Positions 37,961 to 51,209 of a stretch of DNA of 64,000 nt are shown here, piece by piece (position 1 is the stretch's first letter; every line of letters begins with the position of its first letter). Origin of the DNA: the human T2T-CHM13v2.0 reference genome, Homo sapiens; the NCBI RefSeq assembly GCF_009914755.1, contig NC_060928.1, one strand, 5' to 3'. Below the pieces are notes generated by a model, which saw nothing but the letters and a program-made list of their open reading frames with translations, had not been told where the DNA came from and did no database searches. A program made the position numbers and the translations under genes.

Positions 37961-40060
37961 AAAATTTGCATACATTTAGTAGTAGGAAGAGCTTTTAATA
38001 TGTATTCCAAACTGGGTTGCTTCTAACAGTGAAAATGAGGCAATGACTCCAGGATAACAGGCATACACTGTGACTGTGCCTAGTAAATTAAATCTGTGGA
38101 GACCCCAATGTAGAGCTTGAGTGAGTTAACTTCAATTTTAAATCCTAATCTATTGAGTGAATAGGCCGGGGTAGCATAGAAAGCTTTTAGGGTTCTGGAT
38201 GATACAGAGCACAGAAACATTTTGACATTTATTTCGGAGATAGTAGGAACTAGTGATGCTTTCCCAGTGATTGGTTATATGCATAGGCAAAACTTGTAAG
38301 GCATATGCCAGTGATCTCATTATATGTTAAAGGATATCCTCCTTGCAATGAAAGGAAAAGGCAGAAACACAGCTATGACTTAAGGCATTTTTATAGGGGA
38401 TGTTTTTATAGCATATAAAAGAATCTGACAAAGAAACTCCTATCTATTACAAGAGAAAATAGCTGCAAGTATAGATTTTTAAACATATGCATTTATTTAT
38501 TTGTTCATTTTATATTTTATTAACGATTAATTTGAGCTATGTCAAATGGGGACAAAGAAGCTTCAGATAAAACTATATTTGCATATTTCAAGTTATTTAA
38601 TTTTCAAAGTAGAGTATTTTTCTAGAATAATATATTAGGGATGTTAGATGATACAATTGGCCTCTTTTTATACTAAGATGGTCTCATTTGGTTTCGTTTG
38701 TTTATTGAATTCTCCTACTCCTGCTCCTGCCTTGTTGTGCACTGTTCTCCATAATCCCTCAAGCTGAAAATTGATCTCCATTCAATAGTGTGCAGTGATT
38801 CGTCCTGCTCTGTAATCAGTTCCACTATGTGAATGAAATTCATCATGGGAGACTTGATTACTATCTCTGTTAGGACTGACCTGGTTGAAAGGACTGTCAA
38901 GTGGCCTGAAATTTGCATGCTTTGGATGTGTGCCATAAGGAATTAGTTGCTCAACAAAAAGAGCTAAATTGAGCAGACATGAAGGACTGGTGTTTACTGA
39001 TTTTCTCCCTCTTCCTTCTGAGCAGCTAGATGAAAGGATGCGTATTTAAAAGCTATAACCCTACCATTTAAGTAAAAATACTCCTCTACTCTTATGAGTC
39101 TTACTGATGCAGTTTCAAATAACTTTATAAAGTAAAACAAGATTTATAATTGAAAAAAGATATATTTAGATGGTTAATAAAAGCTCAAAAGAAATCTTCA
39201 ACAGTATTGTATTATTTCTTGTACTTACTCTAAAAAACAGATAATGATATCAAGTAATTCTTCCTGCAGAGATCAAACCATCCTTTGTCTGAAATCAAAA
39301 GTCAGTCCTTTGATGTTGCACTGAACTTTTTCTTTATTTCTTTTTTAAAATTTCTCTTCAGGTTTATTTTTAAATGTAGAAATTTAATTTTTTAATTTAT
39401 AAAAAATGATAGATGCTCAATTAAAATATAAAGAGAAGAATAAAATCACTTGGCAGCTACACAAAAATAAATTTTGTTAAATTGTTCTCTATCTTTCCAG
39501 ATATCTTTCTGTGGTGTGCACATATACAGAATTGATGTTCAGTAAACTGTTTTTTACTCAACAGTATGTCATGACCATTTTATAAGACAAAAAATATAGT
39601 ATACAGTTTTGTGTTGTCTTTTTATGATTGCATAGGATGTAGATATTTAACTGATTTTCTAATGGTGGACATATGGAGTGTTTAATATAAACAATGCTGT
39701 GGAATAACTGTCTTATTCAAAGATTATTGTCAGAAAAGAATCATTTGAGTTGTATGAGCAAATAGGGGTGTCAGTAGGGTACAAACACACCTCAGAAAAC
39801 CTAAGGTTAGTCCATGAAATTGGGCCTCCTTGAGGGCCTGGAATCAAGAAGGAAATTGCAATCACTTTGACACATTCTCTTGGCTTAGCTCCTCTTTGGT
39901 ATCTGCCTGGTTGTCTTTTTAATAAGATTCCTGGTTATCTTTGCATTGTGCATATGCTGGAAAATACCTGCTCCACTCCTACATGACTTCACAATTTAAG
40001 ACTAATTGAAGTTTTCTTTTTTATTTCCCAATTTCAAGGACAGACGTATTCTTTGGTGAA

Positions 40061-40916
40061 TATGATTGATGGTTAATTTGATGTGTTTACTTGACTGGGA
40101 TATGGGATGCACAGATAGCTGGTTAAACATTATTTCTAGGTGTGTTTGGGAGGATGTCTCCAGAAAAGATTAGCATTTGAATTGGTAGACTGAGCCAAGA
40201 AGATAGCCCTCAGCAATGTGGGTGAGCATGATCCAATTTTATTGAGAGCTCAAATAGAAAAAAGGTAGAGGAAGGGTAAATTCTCTCTCTTGAGCTTAGG
40301 ACAGCCATCTTCTCCTGCTCCTCTCAGACACTGGATCTCCTGGTTCTTAGGCCTTTGGGTTTAGACTGAAACTATGCCTGCAGCTTTCCCGGTTCTCAAG
40401 CTTGCACACAGCAGCAGATTATGGGATCCTTTGGTCTCCATAATCATGTTGTGTCCTGAGTTGGTTCCTTCTGGTGGGTTCTTGGTCTTGCTGACATCAA
40501 GAATGAAGCCGCAGACCTTCACGGTGAGTGTTACAGCTCTTAAAGTTGGCACGGACCCAAAGAGTGAGCAGCAGCCAGATTTATTGTAAAGAGCGAAAGA
40601 ACAAAGCTTCCACTGCGTGGAAAGGGACCCCAGCAGGTTGCCCCTGCTGGCTGGAGTGGCCAGCTTTTATTCCCTTATTTGTCCCCACCCATGGTCTGCT
40701 GATTGGCCCATTTTACAGAGTGCTGATTGGTGCATTTTTACAGAGTGCTGATTGGTGCATTTACAATCCTTTAGCTAGACACAAAAGTTCTCCAAGCCCC
40801 TACTCAACCCAGGAAGTCCAGCTGGCTTCACCTCTCAATGTGAGTCAATTTCATAAATCTCCACATGTATTTATCTTCTGTTGGTTCTCTTTCCCTGGGG
40901 AACCCTGACTAATACA
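40061..40916 (+). mobile_element. MLT2B (ERVL) solo LTR, interrupted by LTR12
   Basis: GATGGTTAATTTGATGTGTTTACTTGACTGGG...AAACATTATTTCTAGGTGTG...CCATAATCATGT|ATGTGAGTCAATT...GAACCCTGACTAATACA. Confidence 0.9.
40450..40837 (-). mobile_element. LTR12F-like (ERV9) solo LTR
   Basis: TGTGTCCTGAGTTGGTTCCTTCTGGTGGGTTCTTGGTCTTGCTGAC...GTGCTGATTGGTGCATTT repeats...GGCTTCACCTCTCA; perfect 4-bp TSD ATGT. Confidence 0.93.
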
Positions 40917-43484
40917 ACCAGCATGGGTCAAGTGGTTCCTGCTTTTGAAACCAGTTAGGTTCAAGGGGAGGGATCATGTAGACTGCTCCTTAGCAGGGAC
41001 TGTGGAGATAGTATGTTGTGTCTGTTTTCTAAAGAGAAGTGGGGAGGATAGAAAGAGAACAAACTTTGCATGCATTTTTGTGCACAACAAATTATAACTC
41101 TAGTATAAATACCTATACGTAAATTTTAAGATTAAAAAGTACACGTTGTAAATTTTAACATAGGTCATCAACTTAATCATCAGAAAGGTTATGTAGGAGA
41201 TACGTCCTCCAATATTTCCTGAAATACTTTTGTCCTTGATACTTATACCAACAATATTGGGATGTCAATATTTTTCACTTTGACCTATATGATAGCCCAA
41301 AAATTATGACCAATTTTGGTTCAATAAAATTTATTTAAAAGTAAAGTTAAAAATTTTTACACAGTTTCCTGGTATTTCTTCTGTTTTAACTTTTCTTCCA
41401 ATACATTTTCTATTATCATGTTTGCTCAGTTTGTAAAAGGTTTTCCTTAATACTTGTATTATTGATACTTTGTCTGTCATTGATTGTAAATTATTTTCCA
41501 ATTTAGGCTTTCAAACTTGTTTGAGGTGATTTTGCCATATAGATATTTGAATTTTGTATTTAGTTATCTTTAAGTACTATAGAATTTTGGATTTAAAGAA
41601 TACACATTTTAAGACTAACCCTAGCTGTCAATAATAGTTTTAGTCATTCGTATGTATAAGTTCCTAATAAAGGTATGAAAATATATATAATTACATTACG
41701 GTATAGTCATTTTTCTAATATAAATGCATGCATTGTCATTTTAAATCAGTCTCTTATTTCCCAATTTGAGGAAATAAGAGCACAAATTTTGAAACCCTTT
41801 CATTATAATGTTAATGAGAGAAATGGGTATAGTCAGTGTTCTGTAGGAGTGGACAAGTGGCTTAAAGGCCAGCTTTTTATTAAAATTTACTTTCTCCAAA
41901 GGCTTCATTCCAAAAAAATTTTAAATTATTTGCTTTAAATACTCAATTTTGTCAAATGTAGGAGGTGATCACATGTAACTTGTAAGGAAACTAGGAACAG
42001 GAATTAATAATACCCATGAACAAGAGAGAACCTTTGGAAATTTACTAGTGACTTCTATTTATATTTTGCACTACCATCATAAATTGACTTGAAAACAAAC
42101 TATATCTTGACTAAATTCTTAAAAGAAAAGCTTTAGTGGACCTGTGTTACTATTAACAATGCAAATTTTTGATACTCAGAAGTATAAGAAATCACTGACA
42201 AATTGATTTCTTCGATAGTTAAGTGTTCTGAGTGAAGGGAGATTGAAATTTATAAAGCGTGGACCAGTTACTTCAATCTTCAGTTCTAATACAAATATGC
42301 CTAAAATGTTTTAGCACATTTATTTGTATGGAGGATGCAGTAAAAATGATATACCTTCTTTGATAAAGGCTTATAATGCCTGAGGATCATTTTTTGTAAT
42401 ATGAAGTTTCTAATTATAATTTTAGGTTATATGTCTCCTGAGTCCAGGACTGACTCTGCTAACAGTGTCTTAATAATAATAATTTATAGTGTGTTTTCTC
42501 GTGATTTATCTTTTTCTCTGAAAAACTAGTGCAATAAAGAAAGTTAGTTGATGTTTTGTTGATAATTAAGGTTTTAATGTGTCTGTCAAATACAAGGACG
42601 TTTGCTGGTCAATGCCGGTGACCAAAATGGACTATAGAAAGATTAGTTCAGGTAAGTAAATGGTTAGGGGTTGAAAGAAAGCCGTCATCTCAAGCTTGCA
42701 TATTCTGTCTTGAAAAAAATGCACTTATATGTTAGGCCAAGGTTAAGGAATTTGCTGTCTTTGAAGGCTCTGACGATTGGGTTGCTGGCATGGTGAAGGC
42801 ATGGTGAAAGAATCCGTATTCTATTAATGGGTGAACTTCTCACCCTTGTGATAAATAGTATACATTATAGAGAAGTATAATGATGAGATTTATTTCCTCT
42901 GTTTCAGGGAAATGAAGCAATGTGTGTATGCCTGTCTTAACTTAAAAAGCTGTCTCCTTACCATTTTTATCTGTAGATAAAAATGGCATTTTTTGAGTTT
43001 AAGTTATAAGCACATAAAAATACTTATTAAAATTTTATTTTCTTTGGGCTCTTTGTAAAGTAAATGAAAAAATATATTGGAAGATTTTAACTGTGGTGTA
43101 CATAGTACTGGTATTGCTGATAGAACTAATATCTTCATTATAAAATAGCTATATTATATAAGGTCTTACCACAAAGAGCCATAATGATTCAGGGGACATT
43201 ATTGGAACTCTGGAATCCTTATAAACTAATGGGGTTCTGTTTTACTTAGTGTTCTGTTTTTCAGTGTATGTATAAAACATCACAAAATACATGCAGTAAT
43301 GTAATATCCTGGGAACCTGCCAAATTAAAAGCCACCTTAATTGAAGTGTGGTGTATCACTTATACGGTGTTGTATTTATTCTTCACATGTTGTTCAACAC
43401 TTATTTAAATTTTTAGTTTTATGGCATTTCTTAATCTTAGTATTACCAAACACTTTATAATAAAATTTCATTTGCACTTTTTGT

Positions 43485-44108
<624 letters not shown>

Positions 44109-47100
44109 AACATTTTTTTTAAATGCTTTTTATAGTGTACATGAACTATAATATTTTTCTCCTCTATCCAAGGGTTAGAATAGATTTACCAGGGCATTTG
44201 ATAAGAGGATCTACCCTGGCAACTTTTTGTAAATTGGTCCCCTCCATCTGGTGAACCCTAGAAATAAACTCTGACGATTCAGTGCGGTGGAGAGATATTA
44301 GTTACTTTCAACAAAGTTTAAAGGGTATATTTGATATGAAGTGTAAATTAAAGGAAGAATTTTAAATGGTGTCAAAGAAGGATCCAGAGTGACGACTATC
44401 AAAAGAAAACCATGGCTGAGTGTTTTCTGGGGCAACTCTCCTTTTCTGATATGAACTGTGATCAGTTCCCACAGGTCTAGAAAATGTGTCTTCTAAGTGA
44501 GGTTTCTCTAGCTGTACTTTAAGATGCTGGAAAACTTCTGCAGCTATGTCTCCAATTGGGTTTTACTATGTTAATTGCTTTTTTGGGTTAGGAACACGAA
44601 ACCTGAAAAAAATTATATAATATATATTTTAAAGACTTTGCTAGGCAAGAATATAAAGTACGTCTTTTTCAAATTCAATTGAGTTATATATGTGAGACAA
44701 CTCTGGTGGGATTTTTCTATTCATCAAATTGGATTTAGGAAGAGATCTGTCATCCTAATAGGTTAAATAGGGATAAAATCTAGACTTCAGTTGTATCTTA
44801 CCATGATGTTGAATAAAATTTTACCAAAATTTATGTTGTAGGTAAAATACTTTCTTCCTCATTAAACAAAAGAAGAACTATAATCTGTATGAAGTGAATT
44901 CATAACTCTTTTAAAAACACATTTACAAATGAATTGTTTGTATCAATAAAAAAGCAGAATGATTTCTGCTTTTTTTGGAAGGGGTTGCTTAAAATAATAG
45001 AACTGGTTTATTAAAAATTAATAAAATGTTGGGTTAATAGCTAGTTTTCTGTTTTTTGTTTGAAGAAAAGGCATTTAAACAAGCCTCATCTTTAAGAAGA
45101 ATTCATTTCTGGAGTTATGAGAATGGGCTTGTATTACTTACATGGGGGATACCTATAAAAGCAGGATTTAAAGCATAGATTTCTTTTCAGTACGTTTTAC
45201 TCTTAAGATTATTCAGGTTTTAAAGAAATACCATTACTGTTTAAGATTATCCCTGTAATGAGAAATCACAGCATGCCTCTTGAAAAATGGTTCCACTTCA
45301 TCTTTTCTCATTCATTTGCTAGCACAATTATAAATGCATGAGTGCAGTGCATGGCTATTCAGGTCAAATTCTCTTTCAGGACTGATGTTCCTGTTATACA
45401 GTTTATCCATCTATTAACATCCCGAAATGTCAAAAGCTTCATTTTTTAAGAGTAGAATGTCAGTTTCTTTTTTACTTAGAGCAATTTAGCCAGCACAAAA
45501 AGGGAGAGATTTGACAGTCATAGCTGTCAGGGCAAAGATTGGCTGATGATTTGAGGAAATAGGAATAAATGTTCAAATATATATCAGGGTGCCTGCACTT
45601 ATATACCTCTAGGACAATTTATGAGGTGAATTGGAAAGACAAATAAATTCGGTGTATGTGTGTGAAAAGAGCTGCATTTAACTCCTAAATTTCAGGGTTT
45701 TGAGAAATATTTCTTAATTTCTATAAACTCTTTTCTTTAAATGCTTAAGTGACTTTTGTTTTGAAACCCAGTATATCATTGTCATTGTAGGAGAAAAGAA
45801 GTTTTCAATTAAGTATTGTTTACACCTCACTATTTGAAGCTGTGCTCTCATAATTTTCAAAATTCATTTCATGGATAATTCTAAATTTATTTATTGTAAA
45901 CATGTTGATAAAAAGAAAATCAAGGAAGTCATATATATATGGATAAGGTATTGGATAGAGAACAAATACTATATTAGGTATATTCTACATGTACTTATTT
46001 ATTGTGTATAGAATGAATAATATAAAATACTGAAATTGCTTTAAAAATACTGTAAATTATATTCAGATCAGTGGAGACTATACAAACTGTATATATCCCT
46101 ATTTTCAAGTTGTCAGGTTCAAATCCAAACAATTAGTTTCCCCTGAAGCCTCTTGAAAAATTATCCTTTTGTGGGAAAATGGATTGGGGTGGCTGTTTTC
46201 CTTTTTCATTTCATAAGCGATTTGGACCTGAGGAATGATTTGGTTGTTATCCACACTCCATATGGATTGCAAATACCTTCCCATGTTGTGGGAGTCATGC
46301 AGTCCTGGAAGGTCTGTGAAGCTAAGTCTCTGCTCCTTTGTAACATTTGCATTTTCTGAGGAGTAACGTACTTTCTTGAGACGGTCTATCTGGGCTTTTC
46401 CTCTCTAAAAAGCAGTCAAGAGCATGGAGGTTACAGGTTATTTTGGTGGCTTGTTTTCCTCAGCGTGTGAGGGGTAGGGTGGTGTGAGGGTGGAAATAGG
46501 GCTCATTACGCCTTTCAGTTTATTCGTTTGTTGGTCCTCTGTCAACCTGCCAGCCCTCTCTGTGGGATAACTGCCCTTTGTGTAATAATCTGCCAACATT
46601 CATGGTGGGTACATTCACTGTACCCATTCTACTGTGGCACTCCATTACGACTGGGTTTTGAATGCAAAGCTTCATGATATCTGGGTATAAACAGTGTGCT
46701 GAGCAACAAAGGCATCCTTTGTATTTCTTAGTTTTCTTACAGTTCCTTTTTTTTTTTTTTTTTACTAGCTTTGAAGAAGGGATTTTCTTAAAATAGGGAT
46801 GAAAATGCATGCAGTCACCACTCTGTTCCATACTTCCATAAAGCGGTGTTTGGAATGGGGAGGTACAGCTGATTTGTTCCTTAGACTAAAATGGGCTAAA
46901 TTTGAGGCTAATTTCCTACCTGTGGAGGTGTGGATGAATTGCCCTTTGTTTTTTTGCAGTTTCCTTGCCTGGCAGGTGGCCACATTGATTATTCCTGGCA
47001 TGTGCTTTAGAAGTGCCTCTCTGATCCTTGTAAGCTCCTGCTTTGTCCACAGCAGTCCTGTAGAATTCTTAGCTCTGAACTCTCATCTCCAAGGAAGATG

Positions 47101-47868
47101 TACCCCTGACACCTTTGTGGGTACCTTGTCTGATCTGTTTTGTTTATTCCCTCTTGTCTGTGGGGCCTTGAGGTCATTTTGAGAATACAGCTGAATGACA
47201 GACAAGTGTCAGCAGACAAGTGACAGTTACAAATTAAGCAGGGAAGATTTGTTTTCCTTCCCTCCACACTCCCACCCATTACTTTGCAGTTAGAATCAAG
47301 GCCCCAAGTTATGAAGAAATGCAACATGCTTGGGTTGCTACAGCAGACTGGAGAAATGCTGTGCCTCAGCTTTCCGGCCATTTCCTGCCCTTCTCAGGGG
47401 TCTTGCAGAGGTTTTTGTGAAGATCAAGGGACTACCTTCCTCGTTTTCTTTTCCTGTTTAGTTTTTCTTGAAATCTTTGACTCCAGTGGAGATAATGTGT
47501 TCACTCTGTTTGTAAAAAATCAGTATAAACTGACATTTAAATGGTCACCTTAAAATTTATTGAGCACTTGCTGTGTGTTATGCTTCACGTGTATTTTCTT
47601 TTTTAACTGATGTACTTATATGTGACCATGAAAGTCAGTGCTTGCTTCCTTTAAAGATTCTTTGGCTTTTAAGGCACATGAATCTATTTATATTATTGTG
47701 TCTCTCAATTATTTGGGCAGAGCATTAACCTGCAAGGTTCTTATATGTATACTCTTAAACACATACTCTCTCTCTCTCTAAATAAAGGAAAAAAGTCCTT
47801 GTTATATCATAATCTCTAACATTGACTTTTAATACATTCAGAGTAGTACTTAGAAGACTGCCATGACA

Positions 47869-48227
<359 letters not shown>

Positions 48228-48237
48228 TCATGTTTTC

Positions 48238-48276
48238 AGGTGGTTCTCAAAAGTTAGTATGATTATCATTCAGTGT

Positions 48277-48314
<38 letters not shown>

Positions 48315-48432
48315 GAGAGAGAGAAGAGATTGATTTGATTTAGCAGGTGTTATGGTGGCACAGGGATCTGCATGTTAAATAAACATTTAATTTCTGTGCA
48401 AAAGGCTCAGAGACCATAGTTTGAGGATCACT
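48238..48432. mobile_element. MER5-type hAT MITE interrupted by a (TG)n(GA)n microsatellite
   Basis: GTGGTTCTCAAA left end; GGATCTGCATGTTAAATAAAC; GACCATAGTTTGAGGATCACT right end. Confidence 0.65.
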
Positions 48433-48603
48433 AAGAAAAGTCATTATATGTGGCAGCCAGCATTATAAATGTATCATTTTGAGTGAGACTCTGCTCACAA
48501 ACTGAACTGATTTAACTATCTGTTGCTATTTCCGAATTGGATGTCCAGGAGAACAATTTATCCTTTGTATACTTTCATTTTATGTACATATGTGATTATT
48601 TAC

Positions 48604-48843
48604 ATATTGTACAGGTAGAACCATATACCAATATATACCAATATGTTTTTCCATTCATCATTCAAAAACTATTGAATAAATATTAAGTGAAAGTCAGCAT
48701 CATAATGAACATTTTGTGTAAATATGTATTATTATAGTTTTTCAACAAAATTTAAATAAACTAAGAGAATGTAACAGTATTATGATAGTCTAATGTATAT
48801 CAGTTGTGAAGTAATGACATTTCCACGTGTTAGCAAACTTAAC
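48604..48843 (+). repeat. Local direct repeat, copy 1 (about 240 bp)
   Basis: Aligns by eye to 50741-50979 with about 9 substitutions and 1 indel. Confidence 0.97.
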
Positions 48844-48969
48844 TCATGTTTTACACATGAAAAGTAATCCTTATCTATCCCACAGCCCTTATTAATGAGT
48901 ACTGATGATAGTGATAGTGTGGGGAAGATTTATACAATTCCCCTCATAGACCACTAATAGAGTATTTAA

Positions 48970-49190
48970 GTGCTATAGAGTCAGATTGACTCTAGAAGTG
49001 ATTGATCCAACTTCAGTCTTTTCTAATCTTTGACCAAAGATGCTTGACTTCTCAGTACTTTCTATTAAATGATTATAAGAGTAGTCCTATTAGGTTTATT
49101 TTGAGGTTTGATGAAAGCATATATGAACAACCCCGTAACACAATGCTTCACACATACAAAACCTTTCCTATATGTTTAATTAGGTGCTCA
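48970..49190 (+). mobile_element. MIR
   Basis: TAGAGTCAGATTGAC...TTGACTTCTCAGTACTT...TAGGTTTATTTTGAGGTTTGATGAAAGCATATATG. Confidence 0.6.
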
Positions 49191-50149
49191 GGGGTGTAAA
49201 ACGAGCACATACAATCTGCAAATTTGGTGATTGTATCAGCATGGTTTTGTTTTATTTTGATAATTGTTAAACTCAACAATGCAGAGATCTTAGACATTTT
49301 AAGTAAATATCCATGTCCACCGTCATTTTAGAAACTGAGGAAAATATGAACAGAATAAGTGAGCTGGCATTGGATTTGGTTTACTTGATCCAGGAATGGA
49401 CTGTACTTGCAAATATTAAATTAGGATGCATTAATTCACAGAGGTTGAGTTCATTGCCATCAAATAGCACCCACTTTCTAGTTATTTATACCATGCAAGA
49501 GACTTCATATGTTTTTTAAATATTAGCAAGAATGTGAACTATTTTTCATATTACAATTTTAAAAAAATTCTTTTGAATTTGTTCTATTAACAACATATAG
49601 CTACATAGCCTTGTAACTAAAATTGTCTTGCCCTTTGTACATTAATATAAATTGTCAAAGATGGTTCTGTGGTTTGGCAGTGGTTCTACATGGTGATGGA
49701 GCCCAAGGGTACAATCTTGGGTCTCTCTGTCTTTGGGTTTGTGAAGCCCAGGTGTTTTGAAGCCAGTCTGCTGCCAGCTGGCATATTTCTAGAGGAGATG
49801 CTCTGGCAGTAACTCTTCAGGCAGAGAGAAGCAGTCAGGTTGGTCAAATAACTGAAAAACAACATTATTGGGATCCCTGTTCAGGATAAATCCTTGTTAA
49901 CTGGCCCTGGCGGCTGTGTAAAGAGTGTGAAGTTGAGTAGGGTATCTGTGCTTATTCTGCACTTCATAAAGTATTTCATCTGAGGATGCAGCACTTTATT
50001 TTGGCAGCTGTGATGTGGTGATTAGGCTTGTATTTTAGACAGGACATGCATCAGAGTCATTATCCCTCAGATTCAAACTAAATTGGATATTTTGCTTTAC
50101 CCGCATCTGACTGTTTGCTGCTTACTGGAGGGTGGCCTTACCAGTTCTA

Positions 50150-50405
50150 TTATCCTCATTTTAAAGCCCAGTCCAAAATATCACGCTTCTCAGTGAATTT
50201 GTTCTCTCGTTTCCTCTTTGCTTCCACATCTTCCATGCTTTTCTCTATTATAGCAATTCAAGATTTATAACTTGTCTTACTTTGGGAGCATGGGGTCAGT
50301 GGGATAGGCATTCTCTTTTTTTTTTGTACAGCTTTAATTTTTCAAGTTCCCAGTATAATCCTAAGTACATACTAAATGCTTAATAAAAGTAAATGAATAA
50401 ATCTG
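50150..50405 (+). mobile_element. L2 3' end
   Basis: TTTAAAGCCCAGTCCAAAATATCAC...CCTAAGTACATACTAAATGCTTAATAAAAGTAAATGAATAAA. Confidence 0.65.
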
Positions 50406-50740
50406 TCATCGGATACATCTTTCTAAGGTAGACTTTAATATGCTGTTGTGGGTCTTGAGTGAAGTGTTGCTATTGTCCAGCTTAAAACTAAATATAATTT
50501 ATATCAGTCTATCTCTCTTATGCTGTGTATCTTATGCTATGTGGAATACCACTGCTTATCTGGGAGATTTATGCACAGACTTTTCCTTTAAAGCCTCTTT
50601 TGAAGCTAATTTACTAGTATTTAGCAACAATACAGTTACAATAAGTACTGATACATCAAGAGCCAATGGATTTTGATCTAGGTTTGTTTGCTGTATTATA
50701 TATTTATGTGTGTGTGTTTGTGTATATATATATATATAAA

Positions 50741-50979
50741 ATATTATACAGATAGAACCATATACCAATATATACCAATATGTTTTTCCATTCATCATTC
50801 AAAAACTATTGAATAAATATTAAGTGAAAGTCAGCATCATAATGAACATTTTATGTAAATATGCATTATTATAGTTTTCCAACAAAATTTAAATAAACTA
50901 AGAGAATGTATCAGTATTGTGATAGTCTAATTTATATCAGTTGTGAAGTAATGACATTTCCATGTGTTAGCAAACTAAC
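50741..50979 (+). repeat. Local direct repeat, copy 2, embedded in a (TG)(TA)...(TA)(CA) microsatellite
   Basis: About 96% identical to 48604-48843, at an offset of 2137 bp. Confidence 0.97.
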
Positions 50980-51209
50980 ATATATATATAGACACACACA
51001 CACATTTACCTATCCTTCATTTTTCTTCTTTTGCTCAGAATAAGTTGTATGTGGGGTTTTGGTTCTTGTTTTATTGCAAAACCATTCATTAAATTTATAA
51101 ACTATTGAAATCAATAAATTTTGAGGAATAGCTATATTTCATATTTTCAAAACTTGCTTGTGGGGAGATTTGCCAGTATGAGGATATTGATTAATATTTT
51201 CCTTTGAGT

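Larger units (their letters stand above)
39708..41060 (-). mobile_element. Old MaLR/ERVL-type LTR, split by MLT2B
   Basis: Non-L1 segment with ATTCTTTGG...[MLT2B]...CCAGCATGGGTCAAGTGG...GAAACCAGTTAGGTTCAAGGGGAGGGATCATG, reminiscent of MLT1J-N LTRs; subfamily uncertain. Confidence 0.45.
39360..41560 (-). mobile_element. L1ME-type relic, split by the LTR nest at 39708-41060
   Basis: AACTGTTTTTTACTCAACAGTAT...TTTAATATAAACAATGCTGTGGAATAAC before the nest resumes after it as CTTTGCATGCATTTTTGTGCAC...GGATAAATACCTA. Confidence 0.55.

Noticed and set aside
40528-40908. 126-aa ORF
   Set aside because: It lies across the antisense LTR12F and MLT2B and has a non-ATG start.
42787-42808. 11-bp tandem duplication GGCATGGTGAA
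   Set aside because: It is an ordinary slippage duplication.
46799-47381. Opposing 127-aa and 124-aa ORFs
   Set aside because: The composition is Cys/Leu/Phe/Ser-rich and random-like with no known domain; the region is better explained as regulatory non-coding DNA.
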